Below, piece after piece: positions 37,344 to 47,310 of a stretch of DNA of 64,000 bases. The translations under genes and the position numbers were made by a program. Position 1 is the first letter of the stretch, and the number at the start of each line of letters is the position of its first letter. The notes beneath the pieces are model-generated. The model saw only the letters and a program-made list of their open reading frames with translations. It was not told where the DNA came from and made no database searches. Source of the DNA: Holophagales bacterium (GTDB lineage: Bacteria > Acidobacteriota > Thermoanaerobaculia > Multivoradales > Multivoraceae); the NCBI GenBank assembly GCA_009845425.1, contig VXZQ01000014.1, positions 207,783 to 271,782 on the forward strand, in the 5' to 3' direction.

Positions 37344-39151
37344 CGCTCGGATCTTTCGGCCGCGGCAACACGGGCGGCCGCTTCCGGAGTCGTCAGCAGG
37401 ACGTGCCCCTGCTCGGGGTCGTGGTCGCGCGCGACCTCGACCAGGTCGAGCGGAGGCGAAAGACGCTCCAGGTTGTCCCGTTCGATGAGAAGCCAGACGG
37501 GCCGATCCGTGCGGGCGACGTAGCGTCGCAGGGCCTCTTCGTCGCCCTGATCGTGCGCCAGGATGCCGCCGTGGAGGTCGACCGCGAACCGGCCGGTGTA
37601 GAAGAGGAACCCCGCATCGGGAACAGGATAGATCGCGTAGGGCTCGCCAGGTTCCGCCCACCGGACCAGGTCGTCCGAGAGGGCGCGGGCCGACTTGAAG
37701 GCGTCCCCCAGCGGCAACAACCGCACGGCGGTCACCGACATCGTGAGTCCAAGGCCCGTCGCAAGGTACGCTACCAGCAGGTCGGGCCGCCGCCTGGCAG
37801 CGAAGTACAGGCCGATCAGACCGGCGAGGAGGGGAATGGCCGCGACCGCCTGGAGCCAGGCGATGGTGCCTTCAGGGATCGAACCTTCGGGAAGGTCTCG
37901 TGCCGCGACCGGAGCCGCGGCCGCCACGACGCCGAACAGCAGCGGTACGGTCGCTGCCGAGATCAGGAAAGCCGTGCGGTAGCGAGGCCAGCGATCCCGG
38001 ATCGCCAGCACGCCGTAGGCGACCAGCATCGCGAGCGGCGCCGCGAGCGCCAGGAGGTAGACGGTCCGCTTGCCGCCGGACACGCTGAAGAAGACGAAGG
38101 TGCTGGCGATCCAGATCAGGAGGAAGCGAATTGCCCGCGCTTCGTCGCCAGCCGACTCGCGGTGGGAAACGCGGAAGGCGGCGTAGACCGCGACGGGGGC
38201 CAGCACCGTCCAGGGCGCGAACGTGCCGGGCAGGGTCCGGAAGTAGTAGTACCAGGGCCGGGGATGGTACGTCGCTTCGGCGTAGCGCGACACGGTCTGG
38301 TCGAGGATCAGGGCGTCGAAGTAGGACTGTCCGGCGATCCACACGGCTGGCGCGAACCAGGCCAGGACGATCGCGGCCCAGACCAGCAGGCCGCGCCCCA
38401 ACCGGAGCTCGGCGACGCCGGCCCGGTCTCGTTCGAACGCGAGCCAGGTGACCACGGCGAGGAGCGGCACGATCAGCCCGACCGGCCCCTTCGCCAGGGT
38501 GGCCAGGCCGAGGCAAGCGAAGAACGGGAGATTGGCCAGGTGGCCGCCGCGACCCACGGGTGGATCGTCCGCGGCCCACGACCTGCCCCGGGCCCAGAAC
38601 AGGATGGCGAGCAACTCCAGAAAGGTAAGGGTCATGTCGATCTGGCCGACTCGCCCGTTCCACATCACCAGGGCCGAGGTCAGGAAGATCGGCGCCGCCA
38701 GCCACGCCGTCTTCCGGTCGAACAGCCGGCCGGCGAGCGCGAACACGATGAGCACCGAGCCGATGCCGGCAAGGAGCGACGGCAGACGGATCGCCACCTC
38801 GTCGACACCGCCGCGGAGCGCGCCGAACAGGGCGATGTTCCAGAAGTGAAGCGGCGGCTTGTGGTCGTACCGTTCGCCGTTCAGCCGCGGTACCAGGAAG
38901 TGCTCGATCGCCCGCGGCTCGAGCAGCATCTCCCGCGCGACTTCGGCGTAGCGTGGTTCGTCCGGATTCCACAGGTCGCGGCTGCCGATCCCGGGCAGCA
39001 GCACGGCCGTCGCTGCCACGGCGAGGACGAGGTAGGGGAGCAGGCGTCCTCGCACGGATCGATCCTGCCACAGGAGGAATCGGCGACCGCCGCGCTCCGT
39101 TGTCCTTCGCGGCGATAAGGTACCCGTTCCGTTGACAGAAGGCCGGCGCAC
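37340..39151 (-). CDS. ArnT/PMT-family (GT83/GT39-like) polyprenyl-phosphate-dependent glycosyltransferase
   Basis: WNPDEPRYAEVAREML motif and ~12 TM helices. Translationally coupled to the ICMT-like gene. Confidence 0.8.
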   Translation of the reverse strand: MRRPSVNGTGTLSPRRTTERGGRRFLLWQDRSVRGRLLPYLVLAVAATAVLLPGIGSRDLWNPDEPRYAEVAREMLLEPRAIEHFLVPRLNGERYDHKPPLHFWNIALFGALRGGVDEVAIRLPSLLAGIGSVLIVFALAGRLFDRKTAWLAAPIFLTSALVMWNGRVGQIDMTLTFLELLAILFWARGRSWAADDPPVGRGGHLANLPFFACLGLATLAKGPVGLIVPLLAVVTWLAFERDRAGVAELRLGRGLLVWAAIVLAWFAPAVWIAGQSYFDALILDQTVSRYAEATYHPRPWYYYFRTLPGTFAPWTVLAPVAVYAAFRVSHRESAGDEARAIRFLLIWIASTFVFFSVSGGKRTVYLLALAAPLAMLVAYGVLAIRDRWPRYRTAFLISAATVPLLFGVVAAAAPVAARDLPEGSIPEGTIAWLQAVAAIPLLAGLIGLYFAARRRPDLLVAYLATGLGLTMSVTAVRLLPLGDAFKSARALSDDLVRWAEPGEPYAIYPVPDAGFLFYTGRFAVDLHGGILAHDQGDEEALRRYVARTDRPVWLLIERDNLERLSPPLDLVEVARDHDPEQGHVLLTTPEAAARVAAAERSER

Positions 39152-39175
39152 CGGCAGACAAAGAGGACTCAGGCG

Positions 39176-40264
39176 ATGGGCCAGCTACCGAAGTCCGTGA
39201 CCATCACGGACGACACGATGAGGGAAGGTCTGCAGATTGAGAGCGCGGACATTCCGGTCGAGGACAAGCTGCGTCTGCTCGACGCGCTGGGCGAGACCGG
39301 AGCCAAGGTGATTTCGATCGGTTCCTACGCGCACCCCAAGTGGACGCCGCAGATGGCCTGCATCGACGAGATCGCCGAGCGCTTCGTGCCGAAGCCGGGC
39401 GTGCGCTACACGGCCGCAATCTTCAACAAGATAGGGTTCGACCGCGCCGACCGCTGGTACCCGAAGCTCGACGTCCGGCAGCGAAGGTTCGGCACCCACG
39501 TGGAGCTTTGCGACACCTTCGCCCGCCGCAACTACAACGCGACCCAGGCGCAGCAGATCGAGCGCATCCCGGGGGTGATCGAACAGGCTCGCGCCTGCGG
39601 GGCCGAGACGGGCGCGGTGGCGATCGGCAACCCGTTCGGATCGAACTTCGAGGGGGCTTTCACGCTCGAGCAGCGAATGGACCTGCTGGCGCTGATGATC
39701 GACCGCTGGCATGAAGCCGGCTTCCGGGTCACCCGCTGCGCGATCATCGAGGCGATGGGCTGGAACATGCCGCACACCGTGCGCGAGACGCTGCTCGCGA
39801 TCCGGGAGCGCTGGCCCGAGATCACGGACTTCCACTGCCACCTGCACAACACCCGCGGGGCGGCGATGGTCAGCTACTACGAGGCTCTCAAGCTGGGCGT
39901 GCGCGAGTTCGACACCTCGATCGGCGGCATGGGGGGTTGCCCCTACTGCGGCAACGGCCGCGCGGCGGGCCATGTGCCGACGGAGGACTTCGTCGATTTC
40001 TGCCACGAGCTGGGGATCGAGACCGGCTACAAGCTCGACAAGCTGATCGAGGCGGCACAGATCGCGGAGGAGGTGGTGGGCCACCCGCTCTGGGGCCACG
40101 TCTCCAAGGCCGGGCCGCGGCCGCGCGGCGCCGGCGATCTTTACCCGCGGCAGATGCCCTTCGTCGAGACGCTCGACGAGGCCTCCCACTTCCGCAAGGG
40201 ACCGCCGGTCTACGCCGGCCAGCGGTCTCCGTGGCGGCCCGACTCGGCGCTGTACCAGGCATGA
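39176..40264 (+). CDS. DRE-TIM metallolyase (HMG-CoA lyase / pyruvate carboxyltransferase family)
   Basis: TIM-barrel lyase motifs (TMREGLQ ... HCHLHNTRGAA). Family-level call only. Confidence 0.7.
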   Translation: MGQLPKSVTITDDTMREGLQIESADIPVEDKLRLLDALGETGAKVISIGSYAHPKWTPQMACIDEIAERFVPKPGVRYTAAIFNKIGFDRADRWYPKLDVRQRRFGTHVELCDTFARRNYNATQAQQIERIPGVIEQARACGAETGAVAIGNPFGSNFEGAFTLEQRMDLLALMIDRWHEAGFRVTRCAIIEAMGWNMPHTVRETLLAIRERWPEITDFHCHLHNTRGAAMVSYYEALKLGVREFDTSIGGMGGCPYCGNGRAAGHVPTEDFVDFCHELGIETGYKLDKLIEAAQIAEEVVGHPLWGHVSKAGPRPRGAGDLYPRQMPFVETLDEASHFRKGPPVYAGQRSPWRPDSALYQA

Positions 40265-42036
40265 CCGCCGCGGCAAAGAACCCGGGCGCGGGCGTTCGCT
40301 ACGAAGCGGACGGGCGGCCGCCGACAGCTCTCGCCGCGACGATGGGTCTGCAGTACGCGACCCTCTGTGTCGCCGGCATCGTGCTGACGCCGGCGATCAT
40401 CGTCCGTGCCGCCGGGGGCAGCGACGAGTACCTGGCGTGGGCGGTGTTCGCGGCGATCTTCGTGAGCGGCATCGCCACGATCCTGCAGGCGGTGCGCCTG
40501 TGGCGGATCGGCGCGGGCTACATCCTGCTCATGGGCACTTCGGGGGCGTTCATCGCGGTCAGCATCGCCGCCCTGAGCCAGGGCGGTCCCATGCTCCTCG
40601 CCAAGCTGGTCATCGTCTCATCGTTGTTCCAGTTCCTGCTTTCCGCCCGGCTCCTGCTGCTGCGGAGGTTGTTCACGACGACGGTCACGGGCACCGTGAT
40701 CATGCTGATCTCGGTCAGCGTGATGCCGATCATGTTCAACCAGTTAACCCTGGTTCCCGACGATGCGTCCCGTGCCGCTGCTCCGATCACGTTCGTCGTG
40801 GCCATCGCGGTCATGGCTGGGTTCGGCCTGCGGGCCAGGGGGATCGGAAGGCTGTGGGCGCCGGTCGCCGGCGTCGTGGCGGGTTCGATCGTTGCCGTGC
40901 CTCTTGGGCTTTACGATTTCGAGCAGGTGGCTGCGGCGGCGTGGGTCGGTGCCCCGGCCGGCGGCTGGCCCGGCTTCGACCTGTCCTTCGGGCCGGCCTT
41001 CTGGGCGTTGCTGCCGGGCTTCGTCATCGTGACGTTGATCGGCGCGGTCGAGACGATCGGTGATGCCGTGGGTATCCAGCGCGTCTCCTGGCGGACGCCG
41101 CGGGCGCCTGACTACCGGGCCGTGCAGGGCGCCGTCGCCGCCGATGGACTCGGCAACCTGCTCTCCGGTATCGCCGGCACCGTGCCGAACACGACGTACT
41201 CGAGCAGCATCTCGGTCACGGAACTCACCGGGGTGGCCTCGCGCCGGGTGGGGATGTGGATCGGGATCATCTTCCTCGGTCTGGCTTTCCTGCCCAAGGC
41301 GCTCGCCCTGATCCTCGCGATTCCCGGTCCGGTCGTGGGAGCCTACGGGTTGGTGCTGATCGCCGTCCTGTTCGTGCTCGGGGCCCGCATTGCCGGTCAC
41401 GGGGGCATCGACTACCGGAAGGCCCTCGTGATCGGCGTTTCGTTCTGGATCGGCGTCGGCTTCGAAAACGACCTGATCTTCAGCGACCAGCTCGGCGGTT
41501 GGGTGGCCTCGATCCTGGGCAACGGCATGACCGCCGGCGGCCTGACCGCCATCGGCCTGACCGCGTTTCTCGAATCGACCGGTCCGCGCCGCCGGCGGCT
41601 CGAGGTCGAGGTTACGCCCGGATCGGCCTCACGGATCGGCGGCTTTCTCCGGACCCTGGCGGAACGGGCGCGGTGGACGCCCGAGGCCTGCGATCGTCTC
41701 TGGTCGGCGGGCGAAGAGGCGCTGCTCAGCCTCGCCGGACTCGACGAGGAGGAGGGCGGCCGGAAGCGCAGCCTGCTCGTGGTCGCAAGGGTCGACCGTC
41801 AGACGGCCGAACTCGAGTTCATCGCGGCGCCCGGTGGAAGCAACATCGAGGACCGCCTGGTGGTCATGGCGCCCGATGCTCCCGTCCCCATCGAGAACGA
41901 GTTGTCGCTGCGGCTGCTGCGCCACGTGTCGACTTCGGTGCAGCACCAGCAGTACCACGATACGGATGTCCTCACGGTCATCGTCAGCAGCGACAGCCAG
42001 GAACCGACGGGTCAGGTGGACACGGCGGGAATCTAG
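40261..42036 (+). CDS. NCS2 (xanthine/uracil) family permease with ~120-aa C-terminal degenerate GHKL anti-sigma-factor-kinase-like domain
   Basis: GLQY(H) motif and ~12-14 TM helices of NCS2. The C-terminal soluble domain aligns by eye to the SpoIIAB/RsbW fold, but the N-box and G-boxes are degenerate. ATGA overlap with the upstream lyase gene. Confidence 0.7.
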   Translation: MTAAAKNPGAGVRYEADGRPPTALAATMGLQYATLCVAGIVLTPAIIVRAAGGSDEYLAWAVFAAIFVSGIATILQAVRLWRIGAGYILLMGTSGAFIAVSIAALSQGGPMLLAKLVIVSSLFQFLLSARLLLLRRLFTTTVTGTVIMLISVSVMPIMFNQLTLVPDDASRAAAPITFVVAIAVMAGFGLRARGIGRLWAPVAGVVAGSIVAVPLGLYDFEQVAAAAWVGAPAGGWPGFDLSFGPAFWALLPGFVIVTLIGAVETIGDAVGIQRVSWRTPRAPDYRAVQGAVAADGLGNLLSGIAGTVPNTTYSSSISVTELTGVASRRVGMWIGIIFLGLAFLPKALALILAIPGPVVGAYGLVLIAVLFVLGARIAGHGGIDYRKALVIGVSFWIGVGFENDLIFSDQLGGWVASILGNGMTAGGLTAIGLTAFLESTGPRRRRLEVEVTPGSASRIGGFLRTLAERARWTPEACDRLWSAGEEALLSLAGLDEEEGGRKRSLLVVARVDRQTAELEFIAAPGGSNIEDRLVVMAPDAPVPIENELSLRLLRHVSTSVQHQQYHDTDVLTVIVSSDSQEPTGQVDTAGI

Positions 42037-42112
42037 GAGAGCGCGTCCTTCCTGTAGGATTCCGCGGCGGATATGACCTCTCCGTGAAACGAACTGCGAG
42101 CGCCATAGCCAC

Positions 42113-42790
42113 GTGAGTGAGAGCCCCCACCTGACCTTCGTGGAGGAGATCCTGCTTCTTCTCCTGGACGACGATTCCGGTGCGATGAAGCGGGTCGCGC
42201 CCAACGTGATGGAGCTGCTGCTCGCCGGCGCGATCCTGATGGACCTCGCGCTGCGTGGACGCCTGGATTGCGACCTCCAGCGACTCGTCGTCGTCGATCC
42301 GACGCCCGTGGGCGAGGAGATACTGGACGGCCCGTTGGCGGAGATCGCGGAGGCCGCCGACGAGGCCGACGCCCGCACCTGGGTGGTGCGTCTCTCGGCC
42401 CGCAGCAAGCAGGTCCAGGAGGCGGCCCTGGCGCGCCTGGTCGAGCGTGGCATCCTCCGGGTCGAGGATCGGAGCTTCCTGTGGGTGTTCGGCAGCCGCC
42501 GCTATCCGATGGTCGACGACCGGGAAGAGCGGGAAGTCAAGCTGCGGATCCTCGACGTGCTCCTGAGCGACCGGATTCCGGCGCCCAGGGACGTCGCCCT
42601 CATTTGCCTGGCCGATGCGTCGAACGCCTTCCAGGTCATCCTGAGCGCGCAGGAACTGCGTCACGCCGCGGCCCGGATCGAGTTGGTGCGCGGCTTCGAT
42701 CTGATCGGTCAGGCGATGGGCCGGGCGATTCAGAAGTCCGTTCAGGACATTGCGGCCGCGACTGCGACGGCGCATCATCCCTTCTACTGA
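42113..42790 (+). CDS. GPP34/GOLPH3 family protein
   Basis: Characteristic N-terminus LTFVEEILLLLLDD...G and overall GPP34 pattern. Confidence 0.7.
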   Translation: MSESPHLTFVEEILLLLLDDDSGAMKRVAPNVMELLLAGAILMDLALRGRLDCDLQRLVVVDPTPVGEEILDGPLAEIAEAADEADARTWVVRLSARSKQVQEAALARLVERGILRVEDRSFLWVFGSRRYPMVDDREEREVKLRILDVLLSDRIPAPRDVALICLADASNAFQVILSAQELRHAAARIELVRGFDLIGQAMGRAIQKSVQDIAAATATAHHPFY

Positions 42791-42819
42791 GTGCGAACAA
42801 GACGCAAAGAGGTGTGTAC

Positions 42820-43191
42820 GTGATCGAGAGCATCAAGATCGGGAAGTCGGCAATCGGGGGCGAGACGGTTGGCGACGTAACCGTCTGGGTGCCGGAAGGG
42901 CGGGTCGACGCCTCCAGTGCTCCGGACCTGGAGCAGGCAATGACGTCCGAGATCGCGGAAGGCGGAGAGGCAGTCGTCCTCGATCTGAGCCGCACCCGCT
43001 ACATGAGCAGCGCCGGCCTCCGCGTCGTACTCGTCGTGGCTCGCCAACTGCAGGCGCGCAAGGGGAAGTTCGCCGTCTGCGGCCTGAACGACGAAGTGAA
43101 GGAGCTCTTCGAGGTTTCCGGCTTCAGCCTGATCGTGGGCATCGAGGCGGACCGCGACGCCGCGGTCGCCGCCGTCCAGCAGTCCGGCTGA
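42820..43191 (+). CDS. STAS-domain anti-sigma factor antagonist (SpoIIAA/RsbV-like)
   Basis: VLDLSRTRYMSSAGLRVVLV contains the conserved phosphorylatable Ser motif (DxS...SSxGL). AAAGAGG Shine-Dalgarno before GTG 42820. Confidence 0.75.
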   Translation: MIESIKIGKSAIGGETVGDVTVWVPEGRVDASSAPDLEQAMTSEIAEGGEAVVLDLSRTRYMSSAGLRVVLVVARQLQARKGKFAVCGLNDEVKELFEVSGFSLIVGIEADRDAAVAAVQQSG

Positions 43192-43197
43192 CCTTCG

Positions 43198-44532
43198 CTA
43201 CAGCGTCCAGCCGTCCCGGTAGGCCGGCTCGATGTACTCCCGCGGGACCTCGACGCCGTTCGTCACCTTCAGCTTCTTCGGATTCCAGACGATCTCCTGC
43301 TGCGTGCGAACCGCCAGGTTGCCGAGCAGCGCGGTCTCGGTCATCGGCCCTGCGTGATCGGCGAAGTTGGAGCCGTCGGGGTTCGTCGTACCGGCCTTGA
43401 TCGCGTCGATCCACTGCTTGTAGTGCCCTTCGGTCCGTTCGTAGACCTGGGGCAGCGGGTTCTTCGTGATCTTCTCGTGCAGCTTTGAGGGGTAGATCGT
43501 GGGCCTGCCGGCGTAGATGTCGGCGACGATCACGCCCTCGGTGCCCACGAAGAGCTGACCGCTGTTGCGTGGCGGCCACTTGCCTTCCCACACCTTGGGC
43601 ATCGCCGGCGTGAGGTTTCCGTCGCGCCAGACGACGGTCATCTTCGGCCGGTTGCCTCGAGCCGGATACTCGAACGTGATCCGCGTGGCGGCGGGAGCCG
43701 ACTCCTTGAACAGCGGCGTCGATTCGGCATGGACCGACGACGGGTCCCGCAGGTCGAAGATCCAGAACGCCGCGTCCATCGCATGGCAGGCGATGTCGCC
43801 GATGGCGCCGGTGCCGAAGTCCCACCAGCCGCGCCAGGCGAAGGGGTGGTAGTACTCGGAGTGGTAGGGGCGTTCCGGCGCCGGGCCGAGCCACAGGTCC
43901 CACTTGACATGGTCGGGCACCTCGTGGACTTCCTTGGGGCGCGGTATCGCCTGCGGCCAGATCGGCCGGTTGGTCCAGTACTCGACGCGGTTCACCTCGC
44001 CGATCACGCCACCCTCGATCCACTCGCGGATGAGGCGGGTGCCTTCGGCGGCGTGGCCCTGGTTGCCCATCTGGGTCGCCGTGCCGGCCTTGCGTGCCGC
44101 CTTGCCGACCATCCGCGCCTCTCCGATCGTGCGCGTCAGGGGCTTCTGCGTGAAGACGTGGAGGCCGCGCTCCAGAGCCGCAACGGTGATCGCGGCGTGC
44201 GTGTGGTCGGCGGTCGAGACCAGCACCGCGTCCAGGTCGCTGTGGGCGTCCAGCAGCTCCCGGTAGTCGTGGTAGCGGGCCGCGTCCGGGTGGGCGTTCA
44301 TCGTCTCCTCGGCGCGCTTCCAGTCGATGTCGCAGAGGGCGACGATGTTCTCGCTGGCGACGCCGGCGACGTCGCTGCGGCCCTTGCCGCCGGCGCCGAT
44401 GGCCGCGATGTTCAGCCGGTCGCTGGGGGCCTCCTCGCCGCGTCCGAGGACGTGGCGGGGGACGATCATCCAGCCGGCGCCAGCGGCGGCAGCGCCGAGC
44501 ACGCTGCGACGGCTCAGGTCTTGTTCGGGCAT
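43198..44532 (-). CDS. Gfo/Idh/MocA family oxidoreductase with Tat signal peptide
   Basis: Twin-arginine RRSVLGAAAAGAG, then Rossmann NIAAIGAGGKG. Confidence 0.8.
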   Translation of the reverse strand: MPEQDLSRRSVLGAAAAGAGWMIVPRHVLGRGEEAPSDRLNIAAIGAGGKGRSDVAGVASENIVALCDIDWKRAEETMNAHPDAARYHDYRELLDAHSDLDAVLVSTADHTHAAITVAALERGLHVFTQKPLTRTIGEARMVGKAARKAGTATQMGNQGHAAEGTRLIREWIEGGVIGEVNRVEYWTNRPIWPQAIPRPKEVHEVPDHVKWDLWLGPAPERPYHSEYYHPFAWRGWWDFGTGAIGDIACHAMDAAFWIFDLRDPSSVHAESTPLFKESAPAATRITFEYPARGNRPKMTVVWRDGNLTPAMPKVWEGKWPPRNSGQLFVGTEGVIVADIYAGRPTIYPSKLHEKITKNPLPQVYERTEGHYKQWIDAIKAGTTNPDGSNFADHAGPMTETALLGNLAVRTQQEIVWNPKKLKVTNGVEVPREYIEPAYRDGWTL

Positions 44533-44611
44533 GAGGAAGTGCCTTTCGCTTTGGTGGTGTTCGAGTGTGCGTTAGGTTAGCGCACTCGTGACGAACGCGA
44601 AGGTCAGTTGG

Positions 44612-46597
44612 ATGTGCGTGTTTGCGGCGGCGCTGGTCGGTTTCGTCGCCGGCGCCGCCGGGGCCGAGACCGGCGAGCAGGGTCGCTCCGTCTACGGCGA
44701 GTGGCGGCATCACGGCGGCGACCACGCCTCGAGCCGCTACTCGCCGCTGACCCAGATCGACGGTTCGAACTTCAGCCGGCTCGAGGTCGCCTGGCGCTGG
44801 CGCACAGCGGACCACGAGGTGCCGCTGGACGTGCTTCCGGGCTACGACACGGGGTTCTATCGCTCCGTTCCCTTGATGATCGGCGGCCGCCTGTTCGCAC
44901 CGACCAGCCTGGGCCAGGTCGCCCTGCTCGACCCGGCGACTGGCGAGCAGGAATGGGTCTACAACCCGAAGACCTGGGAGCGCGGCGGCACCACGATGCG
45001 GCCGGTCGGCGCTCGCGGCATCGAGTACTGGTCGGACGGCGAGAAAGAGCGCCTGTTCGTCGCCACGATCGGCCGCCAGCTCGTCTCGATCGACGCCGCC
45101 ACCGGACTGGCCGACCGCGCGTTCGGCGAGGATGGCGTGGTCGACCTGGCGCAGGATCTGGGGCCGGGCGACTACGCGATCCGCCACGTCACGCACGGCG
45201 CGCCGCCGATCGTCGTCGGCACCAGCGTGATCGTCGGCTCGAAGATCTTCGACTACTCGATCAGGAGCGACGCACCGCCCGGCCATGTGCGTGCCTACGA
45301 CGTCCACACGGGCGAGTTCAAGTGGCGCTTCAACACGATTCCCCGGGACGACGAGTACGGCGTCGAGACCTGGGAGAACGAGTCCTGGCGCACGGCCGGC
45401 AACGCGAATGTGTGGACGTCGATGAGCGCGGACCACGAACTGGGATACGTCTACCTGCCGACCAGCACGCCGTCGAACGACTACTACGGGGCCGACCGGC
45501 CGGGCGACAACCTGTTCGCCGAGAGCCTGGTCTGCGTCGACGCGGAGACGGGCGAACGCATTTGGCACTTCCAGACCGTCCGCCACGGCATCTGGGACTA
45601 CGACATCGCTTCGGCCCCGAACCTGCTCGACATCGTCGTCGACGGCAAGCTGATCAAGGCCGTCGCGCAAGTCTCGAAGACCGGCTTCACGTACGTGTTC
45701 GACCGCGCCACCGGCGAGCCGGTGTGGCCGATCGAGGACCGGCCGGTGAATCACAAGTCGACGGTGCCGGGCGAGAAGCTGTCAGAGACGCAGCCGTTCC
45801 CGACGAAGCCACCTGCCTTCGAGCGGCAGGGCGTCAGCGAGGATGACCTGATCGACTGGACGCCGGAACTGCGCGAAGAGGCACTGAAGATCGCGGAGAA
45901 GCTGGTGCTCGCGCCCATGTTCCCGCCCCTGATCGTCAAGGGTGAGGGCGGCAAGGAGGGCGTGATGGTCGTCCCGGGGGCCGCCGGTGGCGCGAACCAC
46001 CCCGGAGCGTCCGTCGACCCGAGGACCGCTGTGCTCTTCGTCGAGTCGCAGAACCGGCCCACCGGGATGTCGCTGATCGAGCCGGATGCGGCGCGCCGTC
46101 CGGACTGGCGGTACGTGATCGACTACGTCGACACGGGTGGGCCACAGGGCCTGCCCCTGACGAAGCCGCCGTACCGGACGATTACCGCGATCGACCTGAA
46201 TCGTGGCGAGCACCTCTGGCGCATCCCTGTCGGTCCGGGCCCGAAGAACCATCCGGCCATCGCTCACCTGAACCTCGGCGACATGGGCACGATCTACTTC
46301 GGTATGCCGGCGGACGGCGGTCTGCTCGTCACCCGCACGCTCCTGATCGGCTTCGTGGCCCTGCCCGACGAGGACAATCCCCGCACCAGCAGCGGCGGGC
46401 TCCTGCGCGCCTACGACAAGGCGACAGGCGAACTGCTCGCCGAAGTGAGAACGGACGTCTGGCTGCACGGCCCGCCGATGACCTACATGCATGAGGGCCG
46501 GCAGTACATCGTCATCGCCGGGGGCGGCGCCCGCAATCGCCGGATCCCCGATGAGTTGATCGCCTTTGCGTTACCGGAGTCCCCGACCGATGCTTAA
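44612..46597 (+). CDS. PQQ-dependent dehydrogenase (paralog of 21753-23819), secreted
   Basis: Same signature as the first copy (GEWRHHGGDHASSRYSPLTQI...LEVAWRW). Start at ATG 44612 after the signal-peptide Met. Confidence 0.85.
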   Translation: MCVFAAALVGFVAGAAGAETGEQGRSVYGEWRHHGGDHASSRYSPLTQIDGSNFSRLEVAWRWRTADHEVPLDVLPGYDTGFYRSVPLMIGGRLFAPTSLGQVALLDPATGEQEWVYNPKTWERGGTTMRPVGARGIEYWSDGEKERLFVATIGRQLVSIDAATGLADRAFGEDGVVDLAQDLGPGDYAIRHVTHGAPPIVVGTSVIVGSKIFDYSIRSDAPPGHVRAYDVHTGEFKWRFNTIPRDDEYGVETWENESWRTAGNANVWTSMSADHELGYVYLPTSTPSNDYYGADRPGDNLFAESLVCVDAETGERIWHFQTVRHGIWDYDIASAPNLLDIVVDGKLIKAVAQVSKTGFTYVFDRATGEPVWPIEDRPVNHKSTVPGEKLSETQPFPTKPPAFERQGVSEDDLIDWTPELREEALKIAEKLVLAPMFPPLIVKGEGGKEGVMVVPGAAGGANHPGASVDPRTAVLFVESQNRPTGMSLIEPDAARRPDWRYVIDYVDTGGPQGLPLTKPPYRTITAIDLNRGEHLWRIPVGPGPKNHPAIAHLNLGDMGTIYFGMPADGGLLVTRTLLIGFVALPDEDNPRTSSGGLLRAYDKATGELLAEVRTDVWLHGPPMTYMHEGRQYIVIAGGGARNRRIPDELIAFALPESPTDA

Positions 46598-47291
46598 GCC
46601 CGCGGCAGTTGCCCTCGTCTCTCTAGCCGCCCTGCCGGCCTCAACCATCGCCGAGTGCGAACCGCGGGAGGCCGAAGGCCCCGTCACGGTCGAGTCCTGC
46701 CCGATCGACGACGCCGACTATCCCCTCGTGCGCGCGGAGATGACGGTGCCCGGCTCGATGTCGGCGGTCATCGCTCTTCTGGACGATGCGGCGGCGTGCC
46801 CCGACTGGCAGGCCATGTGCACTGAAGAGACCGCGCAGCCGCTCGACGCCCCGTTCCAGACCCTCCGCCAGCGCGTGTCGGGCAAGGGCATCACCCGGCG
46901 GATCTCGATGAACAGCGCGGCGTGGTGGCGGACCGAGGACGGCCACGTTGTTGGCGACATGGTCGGCGCCGACGATCAGACGTCTGCCTTCAAGGGCAAG
47001 CGTGTGCTCTGCATGCGCACCCGCTGGTTCCTCTCGCCGGGCGACCAGGAAGGAACGGTCGCGGTCGTCCAGAAGAGCGTCAGCGATCCGCAGCCGCCCT
47101 TCGGCATGGGCGCCGGGGTCGTGACGCCGCGCACCGCGAAGACCCTGCTCGAGACCTTCACGAACATGAGCGCGCGACTAGCCAGCGGCCGGCACGGCGC
47201 CGGTCCGGCGATCGAGTCGCTGCCCCTGCTGGAGGACGAGCTGCCGGGCATAGGCGTTGAGTTCGCCCGCTGCCAGGCGGCGCGCAAGTAG
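46590..47291 (+). CDS. Hypothetical secreted protein
   Basis: Signal peptide MLKPAAVALVSLAALPA. Overlaps the PQQ-dehydrogenase stop by 8 nt. Confidence 0.5.
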   Translation: MLKPAAVALVSLAALPASTIAECEPREAEGPVTVESCPIDDADYPLVRAEMTVPGSMSAVIALLDDAAACPDWQAMCTEETAQPLDAPFQTLRQRVSGKGITRRISMNSAAWWRTEDGHVVGDMVGADDQTSAFKGKRVLCMRTRWFLSPGDQEGTVAVVQKSVSDPQPPFGMGAGVVTPRTAKTLLETFTNMSARLASGRHGAGPAIESLPLLEDELPGIGVEFARCQAARK

Positions 47292-47310
47292 ATCGCCGGG
47301 TGCGCGGGTC

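Noticed and set aside
36550-37371. 270-aa N-terminal extension of the VWA protein ORF
   Set aside because: Arg/Pro-rich low complexity. A clear signal peptide follows the internal Met at 36549.
44533-44611. ttaggttag direct repeat and short IR between divergent Gfo and PQQ-dehydrogenase genes as a regulatory site
   Set aside because: Too short and degenerate to call an operator without comparative data. The paralogous intergenic region at 23820-23926 shows no similarity.
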